Shown here: positions 12,131-23,540 of the stretch, piece after piece
Layout: the number at the start of each line of letters is the position of its first letter
Numbering within the stretch: position 1 is the first letter of the stretch
Assembly: GCF_032191835.1 (NCBI RefSeq)
Contig: NC_083227.1
Span: 40,858,001-40,922,000, forward strand
Length of the DNA stretch: 64,000 bases
Direction of reading: 5' to 3'
Source of the DNA: Heteronotia binoei
Taxonomy: Eukaryota
The notes under the pieces: generated by a model
What the model saw: only the letters and a program-made list of their open reading frames with translations
What the model was told of the DNA's origin: nothing
The model's database searches: none
Made by a program: the position numbers and the translations under genes

Positions 12131-12789
12131 GGTGATTAAAACTATCAAAACTTATCTAAAAGGTAACAATAGATGGACAAATTGCTACCTAAGGTAACAC
12201 CCAATCTATACAAAGAAACTTGGCTCTGGGTGAAGATGTTCTTCCTCTTCTTCATTCCTCTACTGGCACCATCCTTTGTCTTGGGTTCCGTTGAACAAAG
12301 TTTTAGGCAGTCTGACAGGATCCACACCTAAGATAAGCTTGACATCTGACAACAGGTGACATCTGCTGAGTATGTGAGCCTCCTGCTTCACTGTAATGGA
12401 GTCTGGCACTGCAGGAAGATAGCTGCTGGTGATGTTAGCCTTCCAATATGAATTCTATGATCAGGGCTGGAAACCGCTTGCCTGGACAGTTCCCGGCGGC
12501 GCAACTTCTTCCGCTGCAACGGCCAAGATGGTGATCACACGGAGCAACTGGAAACCCATCTGTTCTCCTGGTTAGCACTCCTCCAGAGACACGGAGTGCT
12601 GCTGGAACGTTATGGCTGTTAGAAGTCCCTTACAGTCTGTTAGACAAAACCCACGTTCTTCTGGCAGATATGTGTGAGTTGAGTCTCCAGGCACCCTGGC
12701 AACCAAACGGGTGACTAAGATGTTCTGAAATTAGGGATCTTTTTTTCACAGGACAGGTGACAGGAGGTGAGTTGTACCCTCCCCCGCTT

Positions 12790-13150
12790 ATGAAATGGCC
12801 TGCCTGAGGAAGTCAGGAAGACTCCACCACTCCTGGTTTTCCACAAATTATGCAATACTGAATGATTCAAGAGGGCTTTTCCGCTCAGGCAAGAGTTGCA
12901 CTGTACTAAATATTGCACAGTTACTTGGATAAATTTAGGGACTGTGGTCTATACTATGGAATGGCTTTCTGAAACTAGGATCCTGCTATGTAATTTTTGC
13001 ATTGTTCAATGTGTCATGTTAATATTTAAGGTTTTGCTTCAGTTCTGGTAGGTTCTAGAACACTAATTCCTATTGCATGTCCCAGCTGTTGATTCTATTG
13101 ACTCACTCTGTGTAATCTGTCTTGCGTCCAAGTGAGGAAGGTGGAAAACT
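12790..13150 (+). mobile_element. Old L2 3' fragment
   Basis: LPEEVRKTPPLLVFHKLCNTE*FKRAF-like C-terminus and a CTGTGTAATCTGTCTTG...GTGAGGAAGGTGG end. Confidence 0.5.
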
Positions 13151-13960
13151 CATACATTTGTCTTCTATTTTTATTATTTTTCCCTCATGTCATTCCTCCT
13201 TTTATCTCACCATCTCCTTTTTTTTGTCTCCATAAACAATATTAGTGTTCAAAAATAACAAGTCATTTAGTCTTCAGTTAATTACCTCAGCGATGTACTG
13301 AATGCTTCTGGGACTGAGAGACACCTCTGAAGTACTTAAGCCATTTTCCAAGTCCCTTCTTATGTTCTTCAACCTAACTGAATTAGTAGCAAAACAGTCT
13401 GCATGCTGAAGGAAATAATTCCTGACTTTCTCCCCCCCCCCCCCCCCGCCCACACACACACACCTTGAATCATCAGCTCACACCTTCATCACTAAACTGT
13501 GGAAAGAAACAGCTTTGCTCAATATAGCATACATTCACCAGCATGACTTTGGGGGTATAAGTCTATTTTAATTATTATTATTTGAAGTATGTGCAATTGG
13601 CACACCTTACTCTCTGACGGTGGAAGGAGACATCAGCTGTTTAGGAGGGAAGAACCAAGTGAGCAACGTTTCAGCTCTATAAAATATGAGCAACATTCTT
13701 GGGGAGAGAGGTTATTGAATGCAGTAAAATCCCTTTACAGATGTATAGGTGAAGAATGAAGGTAAGCCCGTCATTGCTTTTTCCTAGGACTATAAACATC
13801 AGTGAACACTGAAGGAATAAAACCTCAAGATATCCATCAAGATGTTAAACATTTCCCAATGGTCATAAAAATCTTTTGCTGCAGGGTAGAGAGAATCACC
13901 AGCAAGGGGGGGGGGGGTTTAAATGCAATACTTTGCCCCTAAGCAAAGTTGTTCATCTAT

Positions 13961-14130
13961 TAAAAATAGTATTGCATACTAAGAACATAAAAAGAGTCCA
14001 GCACCCTGTTTCCCAGAGTGGCCAATCAGATACCACAGAAGCTTGGTATAGATGCAGTAGCTTTCCACTATTGCTGCTTTTCAGCCACAGGGGTACACAA
14101 TGTCTCATAGTCTATGTTCTCCATAGTATA
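13961..14130 (-). mobile_element. Old CR1 3' end
   Basis: AAGAACATAAAAAGAG...CCAGCACCCTGTTTCCCAGAGTGGCCAATCAGAT is a CR1 tail in reverse orientation. Confidence 0.55.
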
Positions 14131-14629
14131 ATGTGCTACCAGCAGACAATGCAGCTAACTAAGCTCTAAGGTGTACCACACCACAAAGTGTCTCTTCACA
14201 ACGTAATGGACCAAATCCAGATTCCTGGAACAAGTGAGTCTAAGTCAGGCACTACATGAAAAAATTGGATCAAGCAAAAACAGTGTCATTCACAATTAAT
14301 TCTAATGTGATAATTCTTTCCTGTTCTGTAATATGGTGAACAGTTGGGTTCTGAATGCAAAACTTATCCATCAAGTTTTCCAAGCAAACAATTTTTTAAA
14401 ATCTATCACCCCTTATCTATTACCCCACCCTTCCTCGTAAGGGCTCAGTACAGCTTATAAAATACTTTCCTCCATATTGTCTTATCATGAGACCCCTGTG
14501 AGGTCATGTAGATTTAGAAACAGAGAGACCAAGTAAACAGGGATTTGAATTCATGTATGTTTAACCCTAGTCTAGGATGCTGATTACTATGCAAAACCTT
14601 CTCTCACTTGGATCCTATTTACAGTTGAC

Positions 14630-15184
14630 TGCCTGGAGGGGCCAAGAGATCTCCTGCTACTGCAACTGATTTCCAAACTACAGAGATCAGCTTCCTTGGA
14701 GGGAATGGCAGCTTCAGAGGGCAAACCCTGTGGTATACCAGGCATTCTAGTTGAAAATCCCTCCCTCAGTTCTCCCCTTCACAAACACCCCGCCCCCAAG
14801 CCTCCAGGCACGTCCCAATCCAGAGTTGGCAACCTATTAATTTAAGAACCTCAGAATTTGGTGGTGAGACATGTGTAACAAAATAGTGACTATTGTTATC
14901 TCTTTTGACAAAACATTGGCTTAAATTGTTTTGCTAGCATTATTTAGATGTATAGAATTACTGATGAAGGTTCTCTGATGAATCCATAGTGAATATTGTA
15001 GGGTTGGAGACTGGGGAGGGGCAGGAAAGGGTTTGGGGAGGAGAAGGACTGCAGCAGGTATATGATGCCATAGAGTCCACCCTCTGACACCATCACTTTC
15101 TCCAGCAGAATTGATCTCTGTAAGTCTGGAAATTAGTTATAATTGTGGAAGATCTCCAGCCTCCACCTGGAGACTGGCAATTCT
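14630..15184. mobile_element. Two degraded fragments of the TAGGGTTGCC-ended MITE family (14630-14836, 15001-15184)
   Basis: Ends in TTGGCAACCTA and CTGGCAATTCTA; internal CAGAGATCAG/TTGATCTCTG motifs in opposite orientation. Confidence 0.4.
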
Positions 15185-16625
15185 AGATATGGGGCTGGCA
15201 CACAAAGGCCTCTGGGGCCCAATTGGCTTTTTGCTCTCAGCTGGGATCTTGCCGATGGCCTTTGGTATTTAAAGCAGGCGCTGGATCGCTAAGCTATGGT
15301 AAATGTTGAAGTGGCTCCATCATTGCAGATGATGCCTTTAATGATTCATAGGTGCAGTTGCACCATTGTGTTGGTTTGGAAAGTTGTGCTAACCTTTCTG
15401 ACCTTCATATTAGTGCAATAACCAGTATTTCATCCAGTTATGGCAAGGATAAATTTCCCTAAACCATTAATTTCAGTAGCAATAGTATTCAAAGGTCTTC
15501 TTCTGGAATAAATGACTTAAGAATGGCTGCCTAGAGTATCAGTTTGTGCTCCATCATTTGGCAAGGACAGGAAAGTTCCATGGAATCTGGGAGAAGGCAC
15601 ATTTGAAAAGTAGAAACATTGGTAGGGTACAGCTCAGGAAGTAAAGGGTTGCACATGGTTAGCACAATCAATATGTAGTGGGAAAGATTGTTGGTACTCA
15701 AAATCTCTTTTATCACACTGCATGTGTGCTTGGTTTTGAATTAAAATAATAAAAGGGGTGGGTCTCCTGTGTGAAAAGGTAATCAGAAAGAATTATGGTG
15801 TGAGATGGCCACAATTTGGGAAGTGGCAATGGGCCGTTCCAATAGCACCAACGTTTCACAAATACCATTCTGAACCCTGCCAGTAGTGTTAATACATGCA
15901 GGCAAGTTGCATGAGTGATGATGATCAAATAAGACCTTTGCATAGCAGCATACCTGTGATCTTATTGTCTCTGCAAATCTTTAGGTGTAGATGTGTGTAT
16001 TGGGGGTGGGTGAGTGCTATTGTGAAAACTAAGGCCATACATTGGCCCTTCTGAAGTTCTTTTTAAGCAGGTCTGAAACCTCATCATAACAGTATGTATC
16101 ATGCTTCGGAGGAAGATCAGAATCAAGCCTTGGGCAGCAATTGAAACCTTCTTTGATTCCTTCAGGACACCAGAAAAAACTGTATGAAACTCCTGTTTTG
16201 TTACTGACCTGATCTTCATGCATCTAAAATGCAGCTTTCGTTCATAGCTTCTCTTTCTTCCAACACTGCATCCAGGACATTGTTCTAAAAAAGGGATGGG
16301 TTGCAGTCATTTCTGTCTCCCTGGCTGGGATGACCACAGCAGCAGGGTCAAACTACATAGGTCAGTAGGCAGATTCTAAAAAGGGGTAATATATCCATTA
16401 AGGTTTTGCATACATTTACAGGTATTTACAGGTATTTGCATGTGATCTGTTCTCCACACTTTTTTTTTTTAAAAAAAAATCATGGTGTATTTGATCAAAC
16501 TAGTTTCTCTGTGTGGATTGATTCTTCAAAGCAATTTGATTTGGCACTTTCTTTAGCTTTGGCACTTTCTTTAATTTTAACATTTTAGAAAAAGTAAATA
16601 ACTCCTCATCTCTCTTAGACTAAGG

Positions 16626-17564
16626 ATGGCAGATGATCTTGAATGGGAAAATCAGAGTTCTGTGTCGGAATTCATCCTGTTGGGCTTCTCAAGCCAGCCC
16701 CAAATGCAACTGATGCTGTTTGTTGCCTTTCTAGTCCTGTACCTTCTGACCCTGTTGGGCAACAGTCTCATTATCACCCTCATCATGACAGACTCTCGCC
16801 TCCACACACCTATGTACTTTCTCTTGGCCAACCTTTCCTTCTTGGATATTAGCTATACCACCACCACAGTGCCCCAGATGTTAATACACCTCCTCTCCAA
16901 GAGGAAAACCATTTCTTATGCTCGCTGTGCTGCCCAAATGTACATCTTCCTGTCCTTGGGGATAACCGAGTGTGTCCTCTATGCTGTGATGGCTTATGAT
17001 AGATATGTTGCCATCTGTTACCCATTGCGTTACACCATCATCATGAGCAGACCTTCCTGTATCAAGCTTGCTGCTGGGTCTTGGACCTGTGGCTTTCTCT
17101 TTGCCATGATGCACACTGGCTTCACTATGAGGTTGCCCTACTGTGGCCCAAATGAGATCAACCACTTCTTCTGTGAAGTGCCAGCCATCTTAAAATTGGC
17201 CTGTGCAGACACACGGGTCAATGAGATGGTGGACTTTGTGCTAGGTGTGATTCTACTGATGACCCCTCTTTCTTTGATTGTGGTGTCTTACTGTTTAATC
17301 TTTGCGGCTGTTTTGAAGATCCGCTCCACTGAAGGCAAGTTCAAGGCATTTTCTACTTGTAGTTCACATATAACTGTTGTGACCCTCTTCTACAGCGCCG
17401 CCATGTTCATGTACATGCGCCCAGCCTCCAGCTACAAGCCAGAGAGAGACAAGAAATTTTCACTCTTTTACAATGTGGTATCTGCTTTGTTGAATCCTTT
17501 TATCTACAGTCTAAGAAACAAATATGTCAAAGGAGCCCTGGTCAAACTGATCTGTAAAGAATAG
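16626..17564 (+). CDS. Olfactory receptor, class II, intact (312 aa), OR10AK/OR2D/OR10AD-like
   Basis: Canonical motifs GN, LHTPMY, MAYDRYVAIC, NHFFCEVP, KAFSTCSSH, LNPFIYSLRN and an N-terminal sequon NQS. Splice-acceptor-like TCTCTCTTAG lies 7 bp before the ATG. Confidence 0.95.
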   Translation: MADDLEWENQSSVSEFILLGFSSQPQMQLMLFVAFLVLYLLTLLGNSLIITLIMTDSRLHTPMYFLLANLSFLDISYTTTTVPQMLIHLLSKRKTISYARCAAQMYIFLSLGITECVLYAVMAYDRYVAICYPLRYTIIMSRPSCIKLAAGSWTCGFLFAMMHTGFTMRLPYCGPNEINHFFCEVPAILKLACADTRVNEMVDFVLGVILLMTPLSLIVVSYCLIFAAVLKIRSTEGKFKAFSTCSSHITVVTLFYSAAMFMYMRPASSYKPERDKKFSLFYNVVSALLNPFIYSLRNKYVKGALVKLICKE

Positions 17565-18387
17565 CAAGTGTTTCCTTGGGATTATAAATGGGCAGCGTGA
17601 AAAATCACAAGTCCCTTATATCTACATTGCACAAACCAGGCACTGTGCATGAAGATGAGGGTCAGCAATTGTCTGGCTTTTGTTATATGACCTCTTCAAA
17701 ACTGTTATATGACCTTTTGTTATATGACCTCTTCAAACTGGGTGTGGCAGCATAGAAAATATATGCATTGGCAAAGTTCCCTGACTGCCATGCACAGAAT
17801 TCTTAAGATAATTGATAAGAATTTTAAAGGCACCTTGCAAATGTTATGAATAAAGTGATGCTCATACATTATTCAGGCATGTATAACTGGTAACTAACTG
17901 TGAAAAAAAGAGGTCAGTAAAATAAAAACACAAGACAGTTAAAGAACATCGGTGTTTGTACCTTTCGTTTTTTGAACTAACTTGTGTAATTGTGCAGTTC
18001 TATTGTATGTAGAAGAGCTTGAAGTGCTACTATTACTAGAACATTATGCTTATTTATTTTTTTAAAGTAAATGGGAAAGTGGGGTGTTGGTATGTAAGTT
18101 CATTCATATTACAATGCAGAAAATAAATGCTAGAAATTTTACAGAGCTTGGACACTTTTAGAAAGAACAAAAAGTATGCTCATGCTATTTAAGCATATGC
18201 AGAACAAAAAAGTGAGAAGACCCATTTTTTAAATGGACTATATTTAATATAGATCAACTTTATATAGCATTTGAATTACAGGTATAAAAACTACGAAACT
18301 GACAGCAGTATTGCTTAAGGAAAATAGCCAAATGCTGTGGAGCTGAAATTAATTAATAAACTTGACCATGTCAATATGGACTATAAA

Positions 18388-18837
18388 TAGGTGTGCCAAA
18401 CCCTCCCCCACCCCAGTGGGGATGGGAGTCTCTTGCTGCCAGGTCCCACCTCTCTGCCACCACTGGTGAATTACTTCTCTGCTGCCAGATCCACTTCTGC
18501 ACCGTTGGTGAATTACCTCCCCCTCCAAAAAGGGAGGAATGGCCAGCATTTCAGCAACATGCCTATGTGACCTGGAAGTGATGTAGGCACATGAGGGACA
18601 CTGATAGCAAAACTCTGGTTTGGGACAAAAACTCTATGGTAGAAACTAATTCAACCATAGATGCTAATTCAACCATAGAGTTTGCCCCCAAACCAGAGCA
18701 TTTCCCTCCAATGACCCTGATATGCCTACATCACTTCTGGGTAATGCAAGTGCATCACTGAAATGCTGGGCATTCCCCCTAGCTGCTGGTAAGTCCCCCA
18801 TGCCCTGCCAGCGGCTCGGAGGGATCTGGCAGCCCTT
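18388..18837. mobile_element. hAT-type MITE with long internal inverted repeat
   Basis: TIRs TAGGTGTGCCA / TGGCAGCCCTT and a perfect 8 bp TSD ACTATAAA (18380-18387, 18838-18845). Internal hairpin of about 250 bp centred near 18660. Confidence 0.85.
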
Positions 18838-18894
18838 ACTATAAAAGGACATTTTCTTCCAGTGGGATGTGTTTGTAATTATGTTTAAATGCTG

Positions 18895-19150
18895 TATCAG
18901 TCAGACTAAGCTTTTATTGATATTCACATTAGTTCTTATTTCATTAAACGTGAACTAGAGAGGCCTTCTATATGGAGAAGAATTAGCAAGACACAACCAT
19001 CCTGGTGTTTTTGGGAGCTTCCCTGTAGTATCTGGTCTACCACTGCTGACGGAGAATGCTCAACTGGATCTGCTGGGGCAGCTCTTGTATTCTTCAGTAA
19101 ATGGCAGTCTGGGCATAAAATGATATCTATATGTCTTCTGGGCAGGCCTG
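18895..19150 (-). mobile_element. 3' end of a non-LTR retroelement, clade unassigned
   Basis: Minus strand has a Cys/His-containing C-terminus (HIDIILCPDCHLLKNTR), a stop, AATAAA (TTTATT near 18913) and a short TCTGACTGA tail. Confidence 0.35.
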
Positions 19151-19374
19151 TAGCTTTGAGGGGGCCTGTGGGGGCACAGCCCCCCAACTTCTGGCCAAGG
19201 CCCCCTGACTCCGGGGCCCCAAGGAGCCTCAGGGGCCCCAGCAATGTTGACGGAAGCTGCCACCAGCCCCATGAGCAATTTGTGTGGTGCAGAATTCGCT
19301 TGTCTTTCTAAGCTGGCCACGCGCGCTTTCTCCAGTGGGGGTCTGGCTGAGGAGAAGAGGCACCGGCTTGCTTG

Positions 19375-21597
19375 CTTGCACCCTGTACAGATTTTGGGTT
19401 GGGCCACTGTAAGGGTAGAGTTTAAGAACTTTAAGGGCAAGCTGGACATTCTCGTGGTCAAACGCCAGCTCACCACATTACTGGGGCTGGCCTGGTTTCG
19501 ACTGCTGGGTATTCAAATAGTGGGGGTGCAGCAGATGCGAATGCAAAATTTCGAGCACATGTGCCGAGAATTCCTGGAAGTGTTTGATGGGTCCCTGGGG
19601 TGCTACAAGGGCCACCAATCACCTTATCCCTCGATCCCCACATGAGACCGATAAGGCTGAAGGCCAGGCGAGTTCCGTTCGCTCTTAAACCAAAAAGAGA
19701 AGCGGAGTTGGACCGTCTCACGGCCCAGGGAGTGCTAGAACTGGTATCCTATGCTGCATGGGAAACACCTATAGTCACTCCAGTGAAGCCGAATGGAGAT
19801 GTGCGCATATGCGCTGATTACAAGTGCACAATAAATAAGGCACTTCAGGACAACCCATACCCTGTTCCGGTGGTCACCCACATACTGGCAGCCCTAGCAG
19901 GCTCTAAGGTTTTTGGGAAACTGGACTTGGCCCAGGCGTACCAGCAACTCCCGGTGGACGCCGAGACAGCAGAAGCCCAGACCATTGTGACTCACAGGGG
20001 AGCTTTCCGGGTGCAGCAGTTGCAATTTGGGGTTAGTGTGGCTCCGGGGATAATGGATGCTCTTCTCAAAGGGATCCCCGGAGTGCAACCGTTTTTTGAT
20101 GACGTTTTGATTGCCGCCCCGGACGCTGAGGAGTTCAGCAGCCGTCTGCGCGAGGTACTCCGCCGTTTCCAGGCGGTGGGACTTAAAGTAAAGCGGGAGA
20201 AGTGTTCCCTCGGGGTGTCGAGGGTAAAGTTCTTGGGGTTTGCAGTAGACGCCGTGGGAATCCACCCGACAGCCGACAAGACCAGGGCTATTGTCCACGC
20301 CCCAGCCCCCACGTGCAAGATGGAGTTACAAAGTTTCTTGGGATTATTAAATTTTTATCATTCATTTTTGCCCCACAAAGCGACCATCACAGAACCCCTT
20401 CATAGGCTCCTCAATAAAAACGCCCCGTGGGTCTGGGAAAAGAAGCAGGCCGCCGCTTTTCAGGCAGTCAAGGACCTCCTAGTTTCCAATTATGTGCTCC
20501 ACCATTTTGACGAATCCTTACCAGTGATTCTGGCTTTCAATGCTTTCCCGTACGGGGTGGGCGCCATTCTGGGGCACCAATTCCCAGACGGGAGGGAGGT
20601 TCCCATGGCCTATTATTTGAGGACCCTGACCCCTGCGGAGCACAACTATGCCCAGATGGACAAGGAGGCCTTGGCAATAGTGGTGGGTGTGCATAAATTC
20701 AACAACTACCTGTATGGTAGGCGTTTCACGATTGCTATGGACCATAAGCTGCTACTGGACCTCCTTGCCCCAGACCGCCAGACACTGCAAATTCTGTCAC
20801 AGCACATCATGCGGTGGAACCAGTTCCTCAATTCGTACACATATGCCCTGGTCCACCACCCTGGCAAAGCTATGGGACACGCGGACGCCCTCAGCCGCCT
20901 GCTGCTGCCCTCTATGGACCCGGATCCCACCCCCGCCCACCATGTGATGCTCATAGAGACTCTACCAGAGAGGCCCCTCCACGCCGCTGAGGTAGCTAGG
21001 GCCACAGGTAGAGACCTCATCCTTGCACGCGTTTTAGACTGGGTGGGAAGGGGCAAACTGGACGCAGAATTCAGGGCATTCGCATCACGCAGAGAAGAAC
21101 TGTCCATGCACAAGGGGTGCCTTCTCTGGGGTAGCAGGGTGGTGGTCCCCCCCCCATTGCAAAAGCAAGTGCTGGAAGCCCTACACGAAACACACCCAGG
21201 GATAGTGCACATGAAGGCCCTGGCACGTAGCTATGTATGGTGGCCGGGGATGGATGAGGAGAAAGAAGGGTGGGTTCGAAGGTGCCAACCCTGCCAAGAG
21301 TCCCAACCTGTTCCGCCCCTGTCCACTGCTGGGAGTCCAACAGGAGGCCATGGTCCTGGTTACACCTAGCCTTTATGGGGCCATACCAGGGCCAGATATT
21401 CTTTATCTCAGTCGATGCATACACCAAGTGGTTGGAAATGATTCCCGTAGCTTCAACCTCCTCCATGGCAGCAGTCAGAGCCTTGCAAAGGGTCTTTTGC
21501 ACTCATGGGATTCCCGAGACCCTCATCACAGACAATGGGACCGCTTTCACCTCCCGGGAATTCCAGGAGTTCTTGAATCGGTACCTCATCCAGCAGG
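19375..21597 (+). mobile_element. Gypsy/Ty3 pol fragment (protease end, RT, RNase H, integrase N-terminal half); no gag or LTRs
   Basis: LLGLAWF (protease); WETPIVTPVKPNGDVRICADYK, KLDLAQAYQQ, QFGVSVAP, FFDD (RT); AFNAFPYGVGA (RNase H, D to N); H-H-C-C zinc site; SVDAYTKW and ITDNG (integrase). Frameshifts near 19605 and 21330; ends before the integrase catalytic Glu. Confidence 0.95.
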
Positions 21598-21600
21598 TGA

Positions 21601-22035
21601 AGGTGAAGCAAGTTGCAACCCTGGGGCAGGTAGTGTAAAATCCGATGGAAGCCCCACGGAGGAGCATGAGAGTGGCATAAGGCTAGTGGGGAATCAGTCT
21701 CTGTGTATGGAACACAGAGGAATACCGATAGGGATGGGCGACTTCACTGGGGAGTTATTCCAAAGTGACAAGGAGTCCTCATCACTTCTAGCCCTCCACA
21801 GAATTTCCAGTGGTGATTCATGGAGAGCGACTTCTGATCATGACCATAATGATGCCCCGGGGTTGCAACTTGCTTCACCTTTTTCATGCAGCAAACAGAA
21901 ATCAGTTTTTAGAGGATCTTGTTTGATGAATAAAAATAGCAGAGCAAGTTGTAGCCTCGGGGCAGATGGTGTGAAATTCTACAGAAGTCCCGCGGAGAAG
22001 AGGAGAGTGAGAGCAGCATAAGGCTAGTGGGGAAT
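21601..22035. repeat. Direct plus inverted repeat module at the Gypsy truncation point
   Basis: 21601-21627 is inverted at 21854-21880 (26/27 match). 21607-21694 is repeated directly at 21943-22035, ending in an identical GCATAAGGCTAGTGGGGAAT. Confidence 0.8.
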
Positions 22036-22106
22036 TGGTCAGAGTGATGAATGATGAGTGGCTGAGTGATGAGTGATGAGCCAGTTTGGCTTGGAGTGCT
22101 TGGTAT

Positions 22107-22300
22107 CAGTGTTCCTTCTAAACTGAATTAGTGTAGCTAGCTTACACTTTTTAAAGCTTCTGGCTCACACATTTTTGCCTTAGATCAGGAAAAATGGCCC
22201 CAGAGCTAACTAATTTATGCAGTAGCTCACAACTTTAATGTCAGTAGCTCACAAAGTAGAATTTTTGCTCACAAGACTCTACACCTTAGAGGGAGTATTG
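22107..22300. mobile_element. hAT-type MITE
   Basis: TIRs CAGTGTTCCTTCTAA / TTAGAGGGAGTATTG; 8 bp TSD CTTGGTAT / CTTAGTAT. Confidence 0.85.
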
Positions 22301-22319
22301 CTTAGTATACTACTAGCAT

Positions 22320-22937
22320 TGCAAAAAGTGCAAAAAAAGTGCAGAAAAGGGCAAGTAGAATGATTAAAGGGTTGGAACACTTTCCCTATGAAGAAAAGTT
22401 AAAACTCTTGAGTCTCTTTAGCTTGGAGAAGCGTCGACTGAGGGGTGACATGATAGAGGTTTACAAGATTATGCATGAGATAGAGAAGGTAGAGAAAGAA
22501 GTACTTTTCTCCCTTTCTCACAATACAAGAACTTGTGGACATTCAATGAAATTGCTGAGCAGTCAGGTTAGAACTGATAAAAGGAAGCACTTCTTCACCC
22601 AAAGGGTGATTAACATATGGAATTCACTGCCACAGGAAGTGGTGGTGGCTACAAGCATAAACAGCTTCAAGAGGGGAATGGATAAGCATATGGAGCAGAG
22701 GTCCATCAGTGGCTATTAGCCATAGCTTATTGTTGGAACTCTCTGTCTGGGGCACTAATGCTCTGTATTCTTGGTGCTTGGGGGCGGGGGGACACAGTGG
22801 GAGGGCTTCTAGTGTCCTGGCCTCACTGGTGGACCTCCTGATGGCACTTGGTTTTTTTGGCCACTGTGTGACACAGAGTGTTGGACTGGATAGGCCATTG
22901 GCCTGATCCAACATGGCTTCTCTTATGTTCTTATGTA
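22320..22937 (+). mobile_element. CR1 LINE 3' fragment
   Basis: ORF 22339-22719 is the ORF2 C-terminus (FSLEKRRLRGDMIEVYK...WNSLP), followed by a full 3' UTR and TTATGTTCTTATG tail. Confidence 0.95.
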
Positions 22938-23540
22938 CTAAGTGTGATCTCAGTGAGACCAAACAACATTAGGACTGTACTCAGTTTTGCTTTGTTGCTT
23001 TTGTATCTTCATTTACATATATATAAATTGCTTTAGCTTCACTAGTTAAATATGAATAAAAGTTTTAGGAGTCAGTATCAAAGTCCCCAAAGAAAGCCAT
23101 ACCTCAGAATATCCCCCCCCCCCAGAGATCAGAGACTTTGAGCTCCCTGGATGATGCAAACAGCAGCCACAATGTTGAAAAAAAAACCCTAATTAGTTGT
23201 ATCACAGCATATTTAATGGAAGGATGTTCCAACCACTGCTTGGTTTGTGGGCACAATGCTGAGCATCAGAGCAAAATATCAGAGGGTTTCAGTAAGACTT
23301 AACTTCAAAGGTAATAACAAGGTCTTCAGATCTTAAAGAATATTTAGATTTCTTTTTAAAAATTCTATTTTTAATGTGGACCAAGGGGGCCTATTGAATT
23401 GGCCTCATGACAAACGTCATTATGAAACTGTAAGCAAGATGTTGTATCGTTTAATACAATTGTTTAATAATTTCCCCCCCACAGATTTCCCTTTCTGTTT
23501 CAATATCCAGCCTTCCTTTTGTGCCTTCTGGTGAAATGAA

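Noticed and set aside
17678-17738. 23 bp repeat in the OR 3' UTR; also GATAGCTGA-type repeats near 8040-8140
   Set aside because: Two-copy local slippage duplications; no regular spacers, so not CRISPR-like or otherwise structured.
21233-22021. 262 aa ORF as a novel gene
   Set aside because: Alternative frame of the Gypsy integrase running into the repeat cassette; no domain or independent gene signals.
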